From contig OZ176050.1 in the NCBI GenBank assembly GCA_964247055.1, positions 4,712,001 through 4,776,000 of the forward strand: 64,000 nt of DNA. Direction: 5' to 3'. Position numbers and translations under genes: made by a program. The DNA comes from Paragordius varius (taxonomy: Eukaryota > Animalia > Nematomorpha). How positions within the stretch are numbered: the stretch's first letter is position 1; each line of letters opens with the position of its first letter. Of the stretch, positions 26,200 through 39,300 are shown piece by piece. The notes below the pieces were generated by a model. It was not told the origin of the DNA and searched no databases. It was given only the letters and a program-made list of their open reading frames with translations.

Positions 26200-26430
26200 A
26201 TTTATTGATTTTTAGATCAGCTCTTTAATCATTTTTGGAGGTGACCCATAGATTGTAAAAGTTATAGAACTGTAAAAAATTTTTATCCAATACAGAAGAA
26301 CAATTTTTAATAAAATAATATTTAAACCTAACAACTTTCAAAACAGTAGTTTAATTACAAAATAAAGCTATGGGATATAATACTTTTCTAGTTAATCGTA
26401 AACAAAAAAATGAAATGGTAAGGAAGTAAA
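26200..26430. repeat. Partial copy of the piggyBac-like element
   Basis: CAGTAGTTTAATTACAAAATAAAGCTATGGGATATAA matches the right end of 3108-3643. Confidence 0.5.
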
Positions 26431-26779
26431 ATATTATAAAAACACTTCTATATCATGCTGCTGAAGATTTCTATCTCTTCAGAATTTTGATAAAGCATTC
26501 TTTGCTTTCAAATATGGGTAAAAAATAATGACAGATCAATTTATATTCAATTTCTATTGAATGACAAACAATACCTATAGCAACATCGAATTTATATAGG
26601 AAAAGTGTTTAAATATCAAATGGTTTTACAATTCTATCATGCTTTAAAATACCAGAAAATACAGTTCTACAATATTTTAGAAAAAATTAAAATTTAAAAT
26701 TAAATTAACTATTATGTATTATATAACATATATAAATATAGTTGTCACAGATTTTGGCATTTGTGCGTCTTTTGTTTTT

Positions 26780-28150
26780 GCGTTTTAAACTATTTTAAGT
26801 TAATCTTGATCAAAAATAAGTTCGTCAAATATGCGCTATTGATAGCAATCAGAATAAATATAGAAAACTTATTTTAAATAACTTGTATACCAGTTGTTAT
26901 ATCAGAGTAGACACAGATAAAACAATACCTGACGAAGATATATATTTTGATTTACAGATGTATCAGGATTTTCGGTACTTTTGGTTTGGGCCTTATCAAT
27001 ATTGTAAAGTTATTTTTTATGGTAACTTCTTCATCAAAAAATGACAAAATTTGCATACATACTAAAAACTCTATATATAAGTGATTTTTTAAAAAATCTT
27101 ATATTTAACTAAAATTTAAAAACACACAAGTCGGTTAATTAAGAGGTGACAGAATATTCAGCATTATCAAATTATATAGAAAAGGTAATTTTATAATATC
27201 TCAAAGTGTTTTTATGTTATCATGTTTCAAAATACCTTGTAACTGGCTTCACTAAAATTTGACTATAATTTTTTTAGCAAAATTGACACTTTTCGGAAAA
27301 ATTTTTTGACGTTAAAATAGAATATATTTTCATTGTTCAATATGGGGCTTTGTGCGTTTAGTTTAGAAAATTTGCTTGTTATAAACATTTAAAATCGAAA
27401 TAAAATAAATATTTATAAAAATATTGTTATGCTATTTATATATAGTTTATCATATAGTTTAGTGATATGTTTTAGGATGGAGCATTTAGCTTTCGCCAAA
27501 AAAATTTTATATAGCAGAATGTGCGATTGCCATTTTTGATATAAACAGTTACCAGAAAAGTGGGATTAATTTTTTGAATAACTTGTGAAAAATAAATCCA
27601 AAAACACCACGAGAACCGTTCAATTAAAATATATATCTATCACAGTGTCCAAAAATTATATTTTAAAATGTATCAGGATTATCATAGTGCTTTTGATTTA
27701 GTACAAGCGGCTTGTAATACAAATTTTAAACATATATGTATTTTTGCTATGAAAAATACAAAAGCATGATGGAAACGTTTGCGTTTTTTTTAACGAACTA
27801 CCCCATAGGAGCGAAACAATTTGGGAATTTCGGGAAATCAACTAAAATAATATATGAAAAAATATTGATTTATTTTTAATGGTGGTTTGTGATTTCTTTT
27901 AGTGATATTTTTTGGAATGAAGCATTTAGCTCTCACCAAAAATTATTAGAAAAAGTATGGGCAAATTTTACCGGAGCACTTACCACAAAAGTCTAAATAA
28001 CTTTTTTATATGACTCATAAGGCCCAAAAACAAAAGCATTATGATAACACTGATATATTTTGCTATATATATTTCAGGATATTTTTAATACCCTCGATTT
28101 TGTGCAGATGTTATATCAAAGTTTTTATGTTTTTTACAATTAAATTATCC
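26780..28150. repeat. Old degenerate repeat modules, 2-3 in tandem; related to 49668-52030
   Basis: Recurrent TGTATCAGGATT, TTTAGTGATAT..AGCATTTAGCT and GGAGCACTTACCACAAAA. 27808-27930 aligns by eye with 51744-51870. Confidence 0.5.
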
Positions 28151-28231
28151 AATGATACTGAGATTCAAGTATAGACATTGATTTCAAAATTATAATACTT
28201 TTTTATAATACTACATTTTTATACCGATTTT

Positions 28232-31200
28232 ATGGTCGGCGTCACATGTCCTCAAGGTACGATGCTAAAATTTAAATCCAAAATTTTAAATTTTTTGAAT
28301 ATAACATATACAAAAGAAAATGTGAAGCATAATGGATATAATAAGAATAATGTGGATGATGTGTAAAATATTTTATATTTTTATAGTGAACACAATTTTT
28401 TTCATAAATATATTTCCCAATATCTTGGTGGACCACAAGACGCTGGCAATGTTTTATTACTCTTGTTTCTTTACATCCTTCAAGGTGTACCGCTGGGATT
28501 AGCCGGAGCTGTTCCTTTAATATTGCAACAATATGCCCATGTAACTTACAAAGAACAAGCCTTCTTTAGTTTTGTTTTTTGGCCCTTTAGTTGCAAACTT
28601 TTATGGGCCCCTATAGTAGATGCCATATATTGGCGTAAAATGGGTTGGCGAAAATCCTGGCTCATTCCTACTCAATATTTGATTGGGTTAGTTATGTTGG
28701 CATTGTCATTAAATGTGGATTCTCTCATATCCCAGGCACGTAATTCAACATACAGTATGTTTTTGTTAACTTGTGCATTCTTTCTTCTTAATACACTGGC
28801 TGCAACACAGGATATTGCGGTTGATGGATGGGCTCTAACTATGCTATCCAGGTATTATAATGCAAAAAATATATTTTTGGAATATTATAACATTTGAGCG
28901 AAATTTTATAATTTAACGCTTAATAACATTTTTGGCAATAATAGGTAATATTATTAAATTGATTTGCTTATATTTTTTTGGTTATAAAAGTTAGCCCTGC
29001 TATATAAATAAAAATATTAAAAAAAGGATTAATTAAAAACTAAATTTATTTTTTTAATTATTGTTTTTACCATTATAAACTCATTTGGTAATTTTATTCA
29101 TATTTTTCAACTTGTATAATCTTAATAGAAAAAATGTTGAGTTAGCATCTACCTGTAACTCAATTGGTCAAACTGCTGGATATTTTTTAGGCAACATAGT
29201 TTTTTTGGCATTTGAATCTGCGGATTTTTGTAACAAATACATTCGTACGGTGCCATCGCCAAAAGGCCTAATGACTTTTCCTGGTATTTTTTGATTATTT
29301 TAGTGCGTATTCAAAAAAAGATATCTTTAAATAATTTAAAAATTAAAATGGGGCATTTTTTTGCAATACTAAATAAAGAAGCTTTGGTGAAAATTGATTA
29401 TATCTTAATATCAAATATTTTTACTGGTTAAAAATTTCCCTGTGGTAAATTTCCTGACACGTCCCGCATTAAACGCAGCGGTCCTTTCAGTTCCATATAG
29501 GAACTATAGTCACTCCAAAAGGATAAAGCAGTTGTGTCCATGCTAAGGGATTGCTAGTTCCTAAAGCTTTTCCTTTCTTGAAAACCCCTATACGGTCTGG
29601 GCACCGTACTCCGAGTGTATTGGCCTGTGCACACTATCACTGGCCCCCATCCAACGGCGTGCGTTCCCACTCCCAACAGCTTGCCAACCTTATCAGAGAC
29701 TTGCTGTCAACCTGTGTCGCTTAGGTTGGACACCCGGTGCATCTTTGGATCGAGTAAGGGGTTACATTACCGATCGTTATGGAAGATTTGTACCGTTTTG
29801 TGGCAGTTCAACTCACACACCGCCGCGACTCTGAGATCCTCCATAAGGGTTTTCAAGAAAGAAAAGGCTCTAGGAACTAGCAATCCCTTAGCATGGACAC
29901 AACTGCTTTCTCCTTTTGCGGTGACTATGTTTCCTATATGGAACTGAAAGGACCGCTGCGTTTAAAGCGGGACGTGTCAGGAAATTTACCACAGGGGGTT
30001 ATCAAAAATAACGACAAAGAACCGTTTTATGATATATTAATCAATATATGATCTGATGTATCTCTTTGGAATTTTTCAAACAAATTTCTTAGAATGTCTC
30101 AATGGTATTAATATTTTTCAAAACCACTAAATTATAAAACCAAATGATATTGTTGAATAATATAAACTACGGTAATTTTTAAATCTGCCTTTTCCTTTAA
30201 TTTATAATATTTGAAAAAACTGTATAAAAAAACAACGTTACCATACTGCTACTTTTTATCTAGATTTTTTAAGGTTTTGGGGCATATTTTTCATGTTTTC
30301 AACTACGCTTGTTTGGCTGTTTAAACGTGAAAAACCTCATTATCCCATGCTTTCTACATCCACCAATTCGAACACTTTGACAAAAAATAAACGCATGTTT
30401 CTAGAAGATGCCAAAGATACCACGGATTACAAAAATTCTGCTTTAACCAACATTTATCAAACGTATTATACATTATGGGATATATTGAAATTACCGCATA
30501 TACGTTCCTACATATTAATTTGTCTAACTATGAAAGTAATTATTTTGTTTAAAATAAAACCTAGTTTTTTATTTGCAGCAAATGGTGTGTAGAAACACTA
30601 ATATATATATATAGCTTAAAACTTAATTTCCGATTAAAAATAATTAGATGATTAAAAGACATTTATTTTATAGATAAATTTTTTTGTGAGAATTCTGGTT
30701 ATAGCAACTGTGCCTTAATTTTAATATCGGACATTTTTTGACATGTGTCCAATTATTTTGCCTTTCTAATATTTAATAAATCAAAATTTATATACAATTT
30801 TCAAATATTAAATATACCATTTACAGTTCAAATTCACCCTTAACCAATTCAAATTCACCCTCGAACAATTCAAATTCACCCTTGAACAATTCAAATTCAC
30901 CTTTGAACAATTCAAATTCACCCTAAAAATAAATTATGTATTTTCGAACTAATATAACTCCTTATTAATATTAAATATATGTTTATGTTATTGTTTATTA
31001 TTTTTTCAGTATTATTTAAATTTAAAACTAAATTTTTATTTTTTTAAAAAATATATAAAAATATTGGTAATTTTCAATCTTAAAAAACATATATTTTATT
31101 TGAGGGTGAATTTGAATTGTTCAAGGGTGAATTTTAATTGTTCAAGGGTGAATTTGAATTGTAAATGGTATATTTACTTAGTTTTACAAGTTTTAAGATG

Positions 31201-34200
31201 CTCAAACATAAAAGTCGATTATGTCTCAAAATATCTTTGTATCCTTTTTTCAGATTGGTTTTGCAGCCGCGGATGGAGTGACCGGTTTCAAACTAATGGA
31301 CGCTGATGTTAGCAAGGAAAATTTGGCGTTTATAGCGGTTCCTCTTGTACCATTACAAATATTATTTCCGCTCATCATTAACCGGTATACGGATACGCAA
31401 AGACCCATAGATCTCATTCTAAGGGTTTATCCTTGGCGGTAATATATAATGCCATAGCTAATAATTGTTGACAAAATATGTTAATTTGCAAATCGAACTT
31501 TTGTTGAGAAACTTTTTTAGTGGTCATTGTACAGTATAAAAAGGGAGTTTACTCTATATTATAATACATAGTTTGATTTTTTCAGTGGGTATATATGCTA
31601 TAAAGTTCCATATACTGCTGATAGATGCTCTATGTTCTATAGTACAGTAAATAAATTATAGAATTCGTTTTTAAAATCAAATTAATATGGTTATTAATGC
31701 TCCTTTTGGCTTTTTAGATTATTGATTGGTGGCTTGTTTGCAATTTTGGTTTGGTGGACTACAACATTTCCTTACACAAACGTTGCAGGACAAGCGGGAC
31801 TTGTTAAATATTTCCCCTCATATTATTATGGCATTTTGTTCCTTTCCTATGCCATACATCAGGTATAATTTTTAATTCTCCAAAAATTTTACATTTTATT
31901 TTGAGGGTTTAATATAATATTTATCGAACTAAGAATAATGTATAATACTTTTTCAATGATTAATAGTATATTTTGTTTATTTTGTAGCAGAGCCTTGTTT
32001 TCCCTTTAATAAAAAAATTAAACTTTTTAACACTTTAACTACAAAACTTCCTCTCCTATATGACTGTTTTTTTACCTTACTCGGTGTAAAGTTTTCTAAA
32101 TTCTAAACCTATTTCATTTATAATAAATTTTAAGCTACCAAATTCACCCCCCAAACGAAAATAACCTCTTTATAAATTATTTATCTAAATTTTTGTTAAG
32201 GCTTTTCACTAAAATCAAATGTATTTTTATTGCAGGTTGCATCGTATAGTATGTACGTGGCCATTATGGCGTTTCATGCAAAAATCAGTGACCCTGCGGT
32301 CGGTGGGACCTATATGACCCTTCTCAACACAATAACTAATTTGGGTGGTAATTGGCCCTCCACACTTGCATTAGGTTTTTATTTTTGAAAAATATAAAAA
32401 TAAAATTATCCTTTAGGTTAAAAACACTAAACTTTATTTAAATACTTATGATTTTTTATGAAAAAGGGCATAATTTTTGAGTCTAGTTTATAGTCTTATG
32501 TGATTGTTATTATTAAAGGAAAATTGATTGTGTCATCAAATCGATTGATTATTTCTTATTTCCCAATCCAATAAGATAGGTTTATATAAAAAGCAAAAAT
32601 GATAAAATATATAGATTTTTTACTTTTTTGGTTTTGTCCTTAAAACTTTAGTTTTACTATATTTGATAAAATTTAAGCGATACATCAGTTTAAAATTTAA
32701 CTTTTTACCAAAACATAAAATTTAAAGATTCATCATTGAAATATGTAATGTGAATCAAAAATGCTTGAACTATATTTATAAATAATTTTTACATAATTAT
32801 GAGGCTCAAATTTTAATAATTAATATTTATAATAATATGTTATTTAGGTATCGTTGAAAGTTTGAATATTAAACGGTGCCCGGGTATGCCGTATTTTAGC
32901 GCTCAATATTATAATTGTATGACATCTTTTAATCCAACAGCTGTAAATACCAGTGGACTAAACACATCTCATTCCTCATATAATTTGTCAAATCATTCAT
33001 CATTTTTGAGTCTAAATCTTTCTAGTTTACCCAGCAATGTAAACCAATCAATACATTCCCAAACATTGGTAAAATTATGAGATTAAATTTAGTTTAAATT
33101 ATGAAAAATTCTTTAAATTCTGCTATTAAGATTATGTTTTTGAACTCTAAAAAAAATTAACCGGTTTATCATTCGGGGTCCATCCAAAATTATAATTATT
33201 ATGATTAACATTCTTTCAATAGTTTTATTTGCATAATGAATGACAAAGTATTTAATTTTAACATTTTTTTAAGTTTGTGCAATTTTTAAATATATATTTC
33301 ATAACTGCATAAAAAACCTTTTTTAAATATTTGAATGTTTTTTATAAGCAGTTACATTCATGGGATCCAATTTGATTTATTATTATTTATATTTAAAAGG
33401 GTTGCATTTTACTATCTCTTAAATAATTTGATTTAAACATTTAGCTATATTTAATTATAAAAATTATGAATGAATTTTCGTAAAACTAATTTTTTAAATA
33501 AAATGAAATTAAAATTTTAAATATTTATACACAACGACATATAACACTGTGTGCAAAAAAGAGGGTCATTTTGATTTAGCGAAAAATTTTTTTTTCTTGA
33601 GATAGCTTATGACCAGCGTATTCATTTGCCGCAAAAATTTTTATTTGTTGACAACCTAGTTTTTGAAATATTGAGAGAAAATCGAAATCGGGCAAAAAGT
33701 AAAAATTAAGGATAATTAAGGATAATTCAAAAAATAATGATAAAATCTGAAATATTATCGTTTATTATAATTTTAGGAGATATTTTCAATATATAAATAG
33801 CCTAAAATCATATAGTTAGGGTTTCTATATTTTATGTCAAAAGATGGCGTTTTTCTTTTATCACACTTAAAATACAAAAAAAATTTAATTAAACTATATT
33901 AAAATATTGTTTTTTAATTATTTACTGCCTAAACTCACTATTAAAACTTTAACATTCATATTTTATTCAGTAAAATAAACTTTTAATTCAAAATAAAACC
34001 AAAAATATTGTTTTTTTATTTTTGCATTTTTTTGTCATCTGGTTTATGAGTATATAAAAAATTTATACTGTTTTATTCTGGATTCTTACATGATTAGGCA
34101 TTATTAAGTATATAGTTTATGCAAAATAGGATTTAAAAGTAGTGGAATATCAACCAACAATCCTTACAAATCCCTGTAACAAGTCTGTGTTATGATAAAT

Positions 34201-35342
34201 TTATATTTTTATTGGGATTTGTACGGATTGTTGGTTGATATTCCACTAATTTTCAATCCTATTTTGCATAAGTTATATACTTAATAATTCCCACTCATGT
34301 AAGAATATAAAATAAAACAGTATAAATTTTTTATACACTCATAAACCAGATGACAAAAAAATGCAAAAATAAAAAACAATTTTTTTGGTTTTATTTTGAT
34401 ATAGAAGTTTATTTTCCTGAATAAAATATGAACGTTAAGATTTTAATAGTGAGTTTAGGTAGTATATAATTAAAAAAAATTTTTGTAATATAGTTTCATT
34501 AAATTTTTTTTGTCTTTTAAGTGTGACAAAAGAAAAACGCCATCTTTTGACCTGAAATTTTATAGAAACCCTAACTATATGATTTTAGGCTATTTATATA
34601 TTGAAAATATCTCCTAAAATAAAAAAACGATAATATTTCAGATTTTATCATTATTTTTTGAATTATCCTTAATTATCCTTAATTTTAACTTTTTGCCCGA
34701 TTTCGATTTTCTCTCAATATTTCAAAAACTAGGTTGTCAACAAATAAAAATTTTTGCGGCAAATGAATACGCTGGTCATAAGCTATCTCAAGAAAAAAAA
34801 ATTTTCGTTAAAAATTTTTTTGCACACAGTGGAATTCATTAATAAATATGTTATTGGTTTTTTCTTTTTGTTTGTGTGTCAAGTTTTCTGGAGTAATATA
34901 ATAATCTTTCTTTTACAGAAACAGTCCAAACGTAAAAACTAACACAAATTACGTTTGTATTTTATTAAACTTGATTTTTTTAAAAAAATTTAACTCGTTG
35001 TTTTAAATTTTCAAGGTTGAAAAGAAAATTTAATTAATAACAATCAATTATATATTTTATATAAAATAATCTTTATAAGGTAAAATATACGTTGTTTTTT
35101 AAAAAAATCTTCTTCTTTATTTTTGTGTGTATAATGTGAACTTTTACTGTACTTATAAAATTTATGTTTGTTTTTAGCTGAATGAACCTTGTCAAAATTG
35201 CACCACTCTTTTAGATGGATATTATGTTGAATCTATCCTATGTATATTGATTGGTTTTGCTTGGCTTAGATGGAAAGCTAAGGCTTATTGGAGATTACAG
35301 AATTTACCTTTGGTAGCATGGAGAGTATCTCGAAAAAAATAG
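28232..35342 (+). CDS. SLC33A1: Acetyl-CoA transporter 1 (AT-1, MFS)
   Basis: Motifs LFLYILQGVPLGL, WPFSCKLLWAPIVDA, LAATQDIAVDGWALTML, ASTCNSIGQTAG, MAFHAKISDPAVGGTYMTLLNTITNLGGNWP, LDGYYVE, ending WRVSRKK*. The start could be 28232 or 28262. Confidence 0.95.
29438..29996. mobile_element. GC-rich element with about 153-bp terminal inverted repeats, class unknown
   Basis: Arms 29438-29590 and 29844-29996 differ at only a few positions. Unique core of about 250 bp; no TSD seen. Lies in an SLC33A1 intron. Confidence 0.85.
30812..31173. mobile_element. 21-bp-repeat MITE, copy C (core opposite to A/B)
   Basis: ATAT-ACCATTTACA ... TGTAAATGGT-ATAT; about 5 units left and 3 right. Confidence 0.92.
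33545..34831. mobile_element. 1.29-kb near-perfect palindrome (foldback/MITE)
   Basis: Arms 33545-34174 and 34214-34831 with a 39-nt loop. Ends CACTGTGTGCAAAAAA / TTTTTTGCACACAGTG; no TSD. Lies in the last SLC33A1 intron. Confidence 0.93.
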
Positions 35343-36352
35343 TTAAACTTCTAGTTCTTTCGACCACTTATTTTTATAAAGACAGTAAATTTAACCCAAA
35401 CATAAAAAGAAAAAACGTATTTTTCCTAAAAAACAATATTTTTTAATCGTTGGATTCCAAATGTGAACTTGAGTCTTACTATTTTGCAACTCAAAACAAT
35501 AAGCTTTTTTTAAAAAATATGGATTTTTATAGTATAGGTTTTTTTTATGTTTTTCTTTTTAAAATTTATATATATATCAATACTAAAATACTCTTGGCTC
35601 CTTTAGCCCTGATTAATTTGGAACAAATTATTTTTATTACTAATATTCATGTATAATATTGTGATTTTTTACGGTTTTTTATGGCTCAACCATTTTTATA
35701 TAATATAATATCTATATGTGTAGATGAAAAATTCATCAAATTAAATTGACCAAATTTTTTATTTAATGTTAGAAAATAAATTGTATAAATATGTACCAAA
35801 ATTAATAAATGTACGAAATATCTTAATTATTTGCCATTATAATTTACCCTATTTCTGAATCAACACTGTTATTAATAATATTATTATATTTAATTTATTA
35901 TATTGGTCAAAACATTTAAATCAAATAATAAATATATTTATGATGGAGGAAAAAGAGATGTAAATATAATATAAAACTTAACTAATAATATAAATAGAAT
36001 ATATGAATATAATTGATACACAATGCTATCAATCTGGCTGGCATTTTCAAAATCAATTAATCTTAAAATTGTACGAAAAGATTTATTTTTAAACACAAAC
36101 AGTATTACGAGTTTTAGTCTTTGTTTTTAACATCATTACACATGTCTTAAAAAATATATATTCAATCAATATTGTGTAATTTATAAAAAAAAGGTTGACA
36201 GGGTATAAATGAGATAACTTTAGCAAACTTTTAACTACTGATTATTCATTATAATGATATACGCTATATAGGAAAGAATTAACTAAGTTACTAACTGGAT
36301 TAAATATTGATGTATATGTAATGGGTGTATTAATTGTTTTCCTTTTCACACG

Positions 36353-39300
36353 TTATTTATTTGATGGTGGTAAAAAAGGATTTTCCACTTCCTTTTGTGC
36401 CTGGGTAGTCTGTATAAAATTTTTCCTTTTCACTAGGACAGCAATTTTGGGCTCAAGGGGGACATGAATGTCACGTTTAACGCCCGTGAGGAGAGATCGC
36501 ACATTTCGATTAACAAACAGGAAACGTTTTAACCGTTTAACAAATAACGTAGCAAGCGTTAGTTTAGAGGACATTTTATTAACATTCGTCCCATACGTTG
36601 TAAATAATACATCATAGTTGGTGGATGAATTCAAATTAGTAATATTGGCATTAGAAAAGGTTTCATTTGTCGTTGTGTAGTTGGTAGATGAATTATTTTC
36701 AGCAGTCATATTTTTGGTGGTAGTAAACTTTGGTGCCTGTGCAAATTCAACCACAAGATATTCATACCTTAGGATTTCGGTGAGCGTTAAATTTTCAGCT
36801 TTTTCGTATTGCCAATGCCTGTGTAATTCAGTGAATCGTGAGATACCCGTTTGACAAGCATATACATCCATGTAAACACTGTGATCTAAATTATAAACAT
36901 GAATATATTAAAATTAGCCCTTATAATACAAAATTTTTTGTATCTTTTAAAAAATATTGGATAAACCAAAAAGTAGATAAAATATATCTCAATTTACACA
37001 ATCGATTATCTAAATATAATCTATATTTTTTCTCAATTTTTAAGTTACAAATCCAGAGAGCCCATATTTTTTTATTTTTTCAAACAATTCAAATGTCATT
37101 ATAAAGCTTAGCCGTTATGTTATAATAAAACATCAGCTAAAAAGCTCATTTTGGTTTTATATTAATTTGATTTATATAATTTTGCAACAGCCTATTGCGA
37201 AAGAAATTATAACTTACTTTTTTGCACATCAATGGTTTTGGTGTATTGTAATTTGAGTAATGCCTTGCCCCCTGGATAATTTTGACGTGATGCCTCAAAA
37301 AAGATCAATGTTAAAGCGATATTGATATTAAGATGTATCAAGAGCGTAAAAGTTTTCACCAATTTAATCACAAAGACTAACATGGACGAGCCATAATTTG
37401 CTGATTTGAGTATTGAGACTTGATTTACTGCAGAATGATGATTGGCTTGGTTAGTGTTGACGTTGGTAGAAAAATTAATTGTAGATAAAGTACCTAAATT
37501 CCATCTAAATAAAAATATTTAAATTATGGAGTTTTTATTGATTAAAATGATAAAAAAAAACTTCAACTGTTCAAATAAATTTCAGTAAAAAGCCTAATAA
37601 AACCATTGGCATGTAAAAAGCTAGATTCCACCTAATAAAAAGTTAATTTCATCATCTTTTATGAATAAAAATAACCAAATTTTAACACAGTTGTATAAAT
37701 TTTTTACTATTATTACACCTTATTCGGATATGTTAAATCTAGAGAAAAACCCCAATATGTCTTGAAAAAAACTTACAAGTAATGACATCCATACGCTGCG
37801 ACAACATTCAAAAGTGGAACGACATAAATGATGAAACGAACTTCCTTGTGAGGTAAAAACGAATACAATAGCGTATACAATAGGGCTGGGATAAAAAAAC
37901 GGCCTATAACCCGTTGCAAAAGTTTTAATTCTTGTTTATTGGTCGTCGAAGTATAATGATGAGAGAAGTTAGCATTTCCTTTCGTATTTTTGGATTTTTG
38001 AGTAGGATGAAAAACGGTTAATCCATTTTGACAATCCGGATAGCCATTCGAAATACTCTGGCTGGCATTTTGGATTGTTGATGATCGTTTTCGTATATTA
38101 GCGGAGTTGTCACAACTATAAGAAATAGTAAAATAAGTTAATACCATAATTTTTTACTATAATTTAAAATTGATTGTGTTACCAATTTCCATTTCTATGC
38201 CTTATTCAGCAATCCAAAATGAAAGGTTATAATAAAAATTAAGATTTGAAAAAAATGATTTTCATAATAGAAAAATTAATTATCGGCAAAATAATTTTTA
38301 CTGTAAATGTCCATTGGTTCCAACCTTTGTTGCATAACCATTTTGGTATAATGATGTACCATTATTGTTTGGGTTATGGCTATTTTCATACGAATGCGGC
38401 GATTGAATTGAATGCCTTTTATCGGATGATTGCATTTTATGATTCCCATTATAATCATAATATTCCATTTTGTGGGCAATGTTAGAGGTAGATCCCTTTT
38501 TATTCTTTTGCGAATATTCGCCGCTTTGGTTTTGATGATGAGTTTTACGCGGCATGCCGTATTTTGCACACATAATAGTTTTGCCATACAAAACAACGGT
38601 AAAAAGCATGAAAGCCAGCGAAGCAAACATACATCGTGGGATAGCAGAATAGAGGTACCAGAGAAAAGGTAAAGTCTATAATAAAAGTGTTAACAAAAGA
38701 TTCGTGAAATTTTAAGTAAAAAATGTATATTTCTCATAAATAAATGGTAAAATATAGAAAGGCTCAAAAACTACGAGGCATCAGGAGTCGAAATAAAAAC
38801 CGTTTTCGGTGCCTAGTTCAGATTCTATATTAAATTTTTCAAAAAGCGGGTTCAGAGACTATTGCTTCCGGTTCTAGGGATTCCTTTTGCGAAGTGGTGA
38901 TTTTAAAAAATTTAGCGAAAAAAAAGTGGTTTGGGTTGCTTTTATTTGTTGGTCTTAACAGATTATCCAATTATTCTACAGGATGAATAATTTACCAAAA
39001 CACATAAACATAAAAAATAAACGATAAAAAAAATTTAAAAATATACTTATCCATTTCAAATATAAATTAAATCTATAAACTCTTTGAAATCTTAATTCAA
39101 TTTTAATTCCAATATGATTGGTTATGGTAATAATTAAACACATAATGGAATAAATACCCCCCAATTGGAACTTTTGTTGTGATATGTATTGTACCAAAAA
39201 ACTTCGCCTTCTGGCCATAGCCATCGTCCCCAAAACGTTGAATCGATCAATATGGTACAAGCTAAAATTTGTGATTTGAATTGAAAAAAAAACGTAAATA

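Noticed and set aside
29489-29505. AGTTCC-ATATA-GGAACT palindrome resembling FRT arms
   Set aside because: It lacks the 8-bp spacer and full 13-bp arms and is imperfect in the other TIR; probably chance.
29680-29705. Possible hammerhead ribozyme core (CTGATAAG on the minus strand)
   Set aside because: It does not match CUGANGA, and I could not find supporting helices.
29615-29947. 110-aa ORF in the GC-rich element
   Set aside because: No recognisable motif, it runs into the TIR, and such a length is expected in GC-richer DNA.
33545-33575. V(D)J RSS-like heptamer at the palindrome ends
   Set aside because: It reads CACTGTG inward, with no nonamer at 12 or 23 bp and no 5-bp TSD.
38276-38672. 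Overlapping ORFs on both strands in ALG12
   Set aside because: Shadow frames of the real exon, as are 13680-13889, 14275-14508 and 58747-58965.
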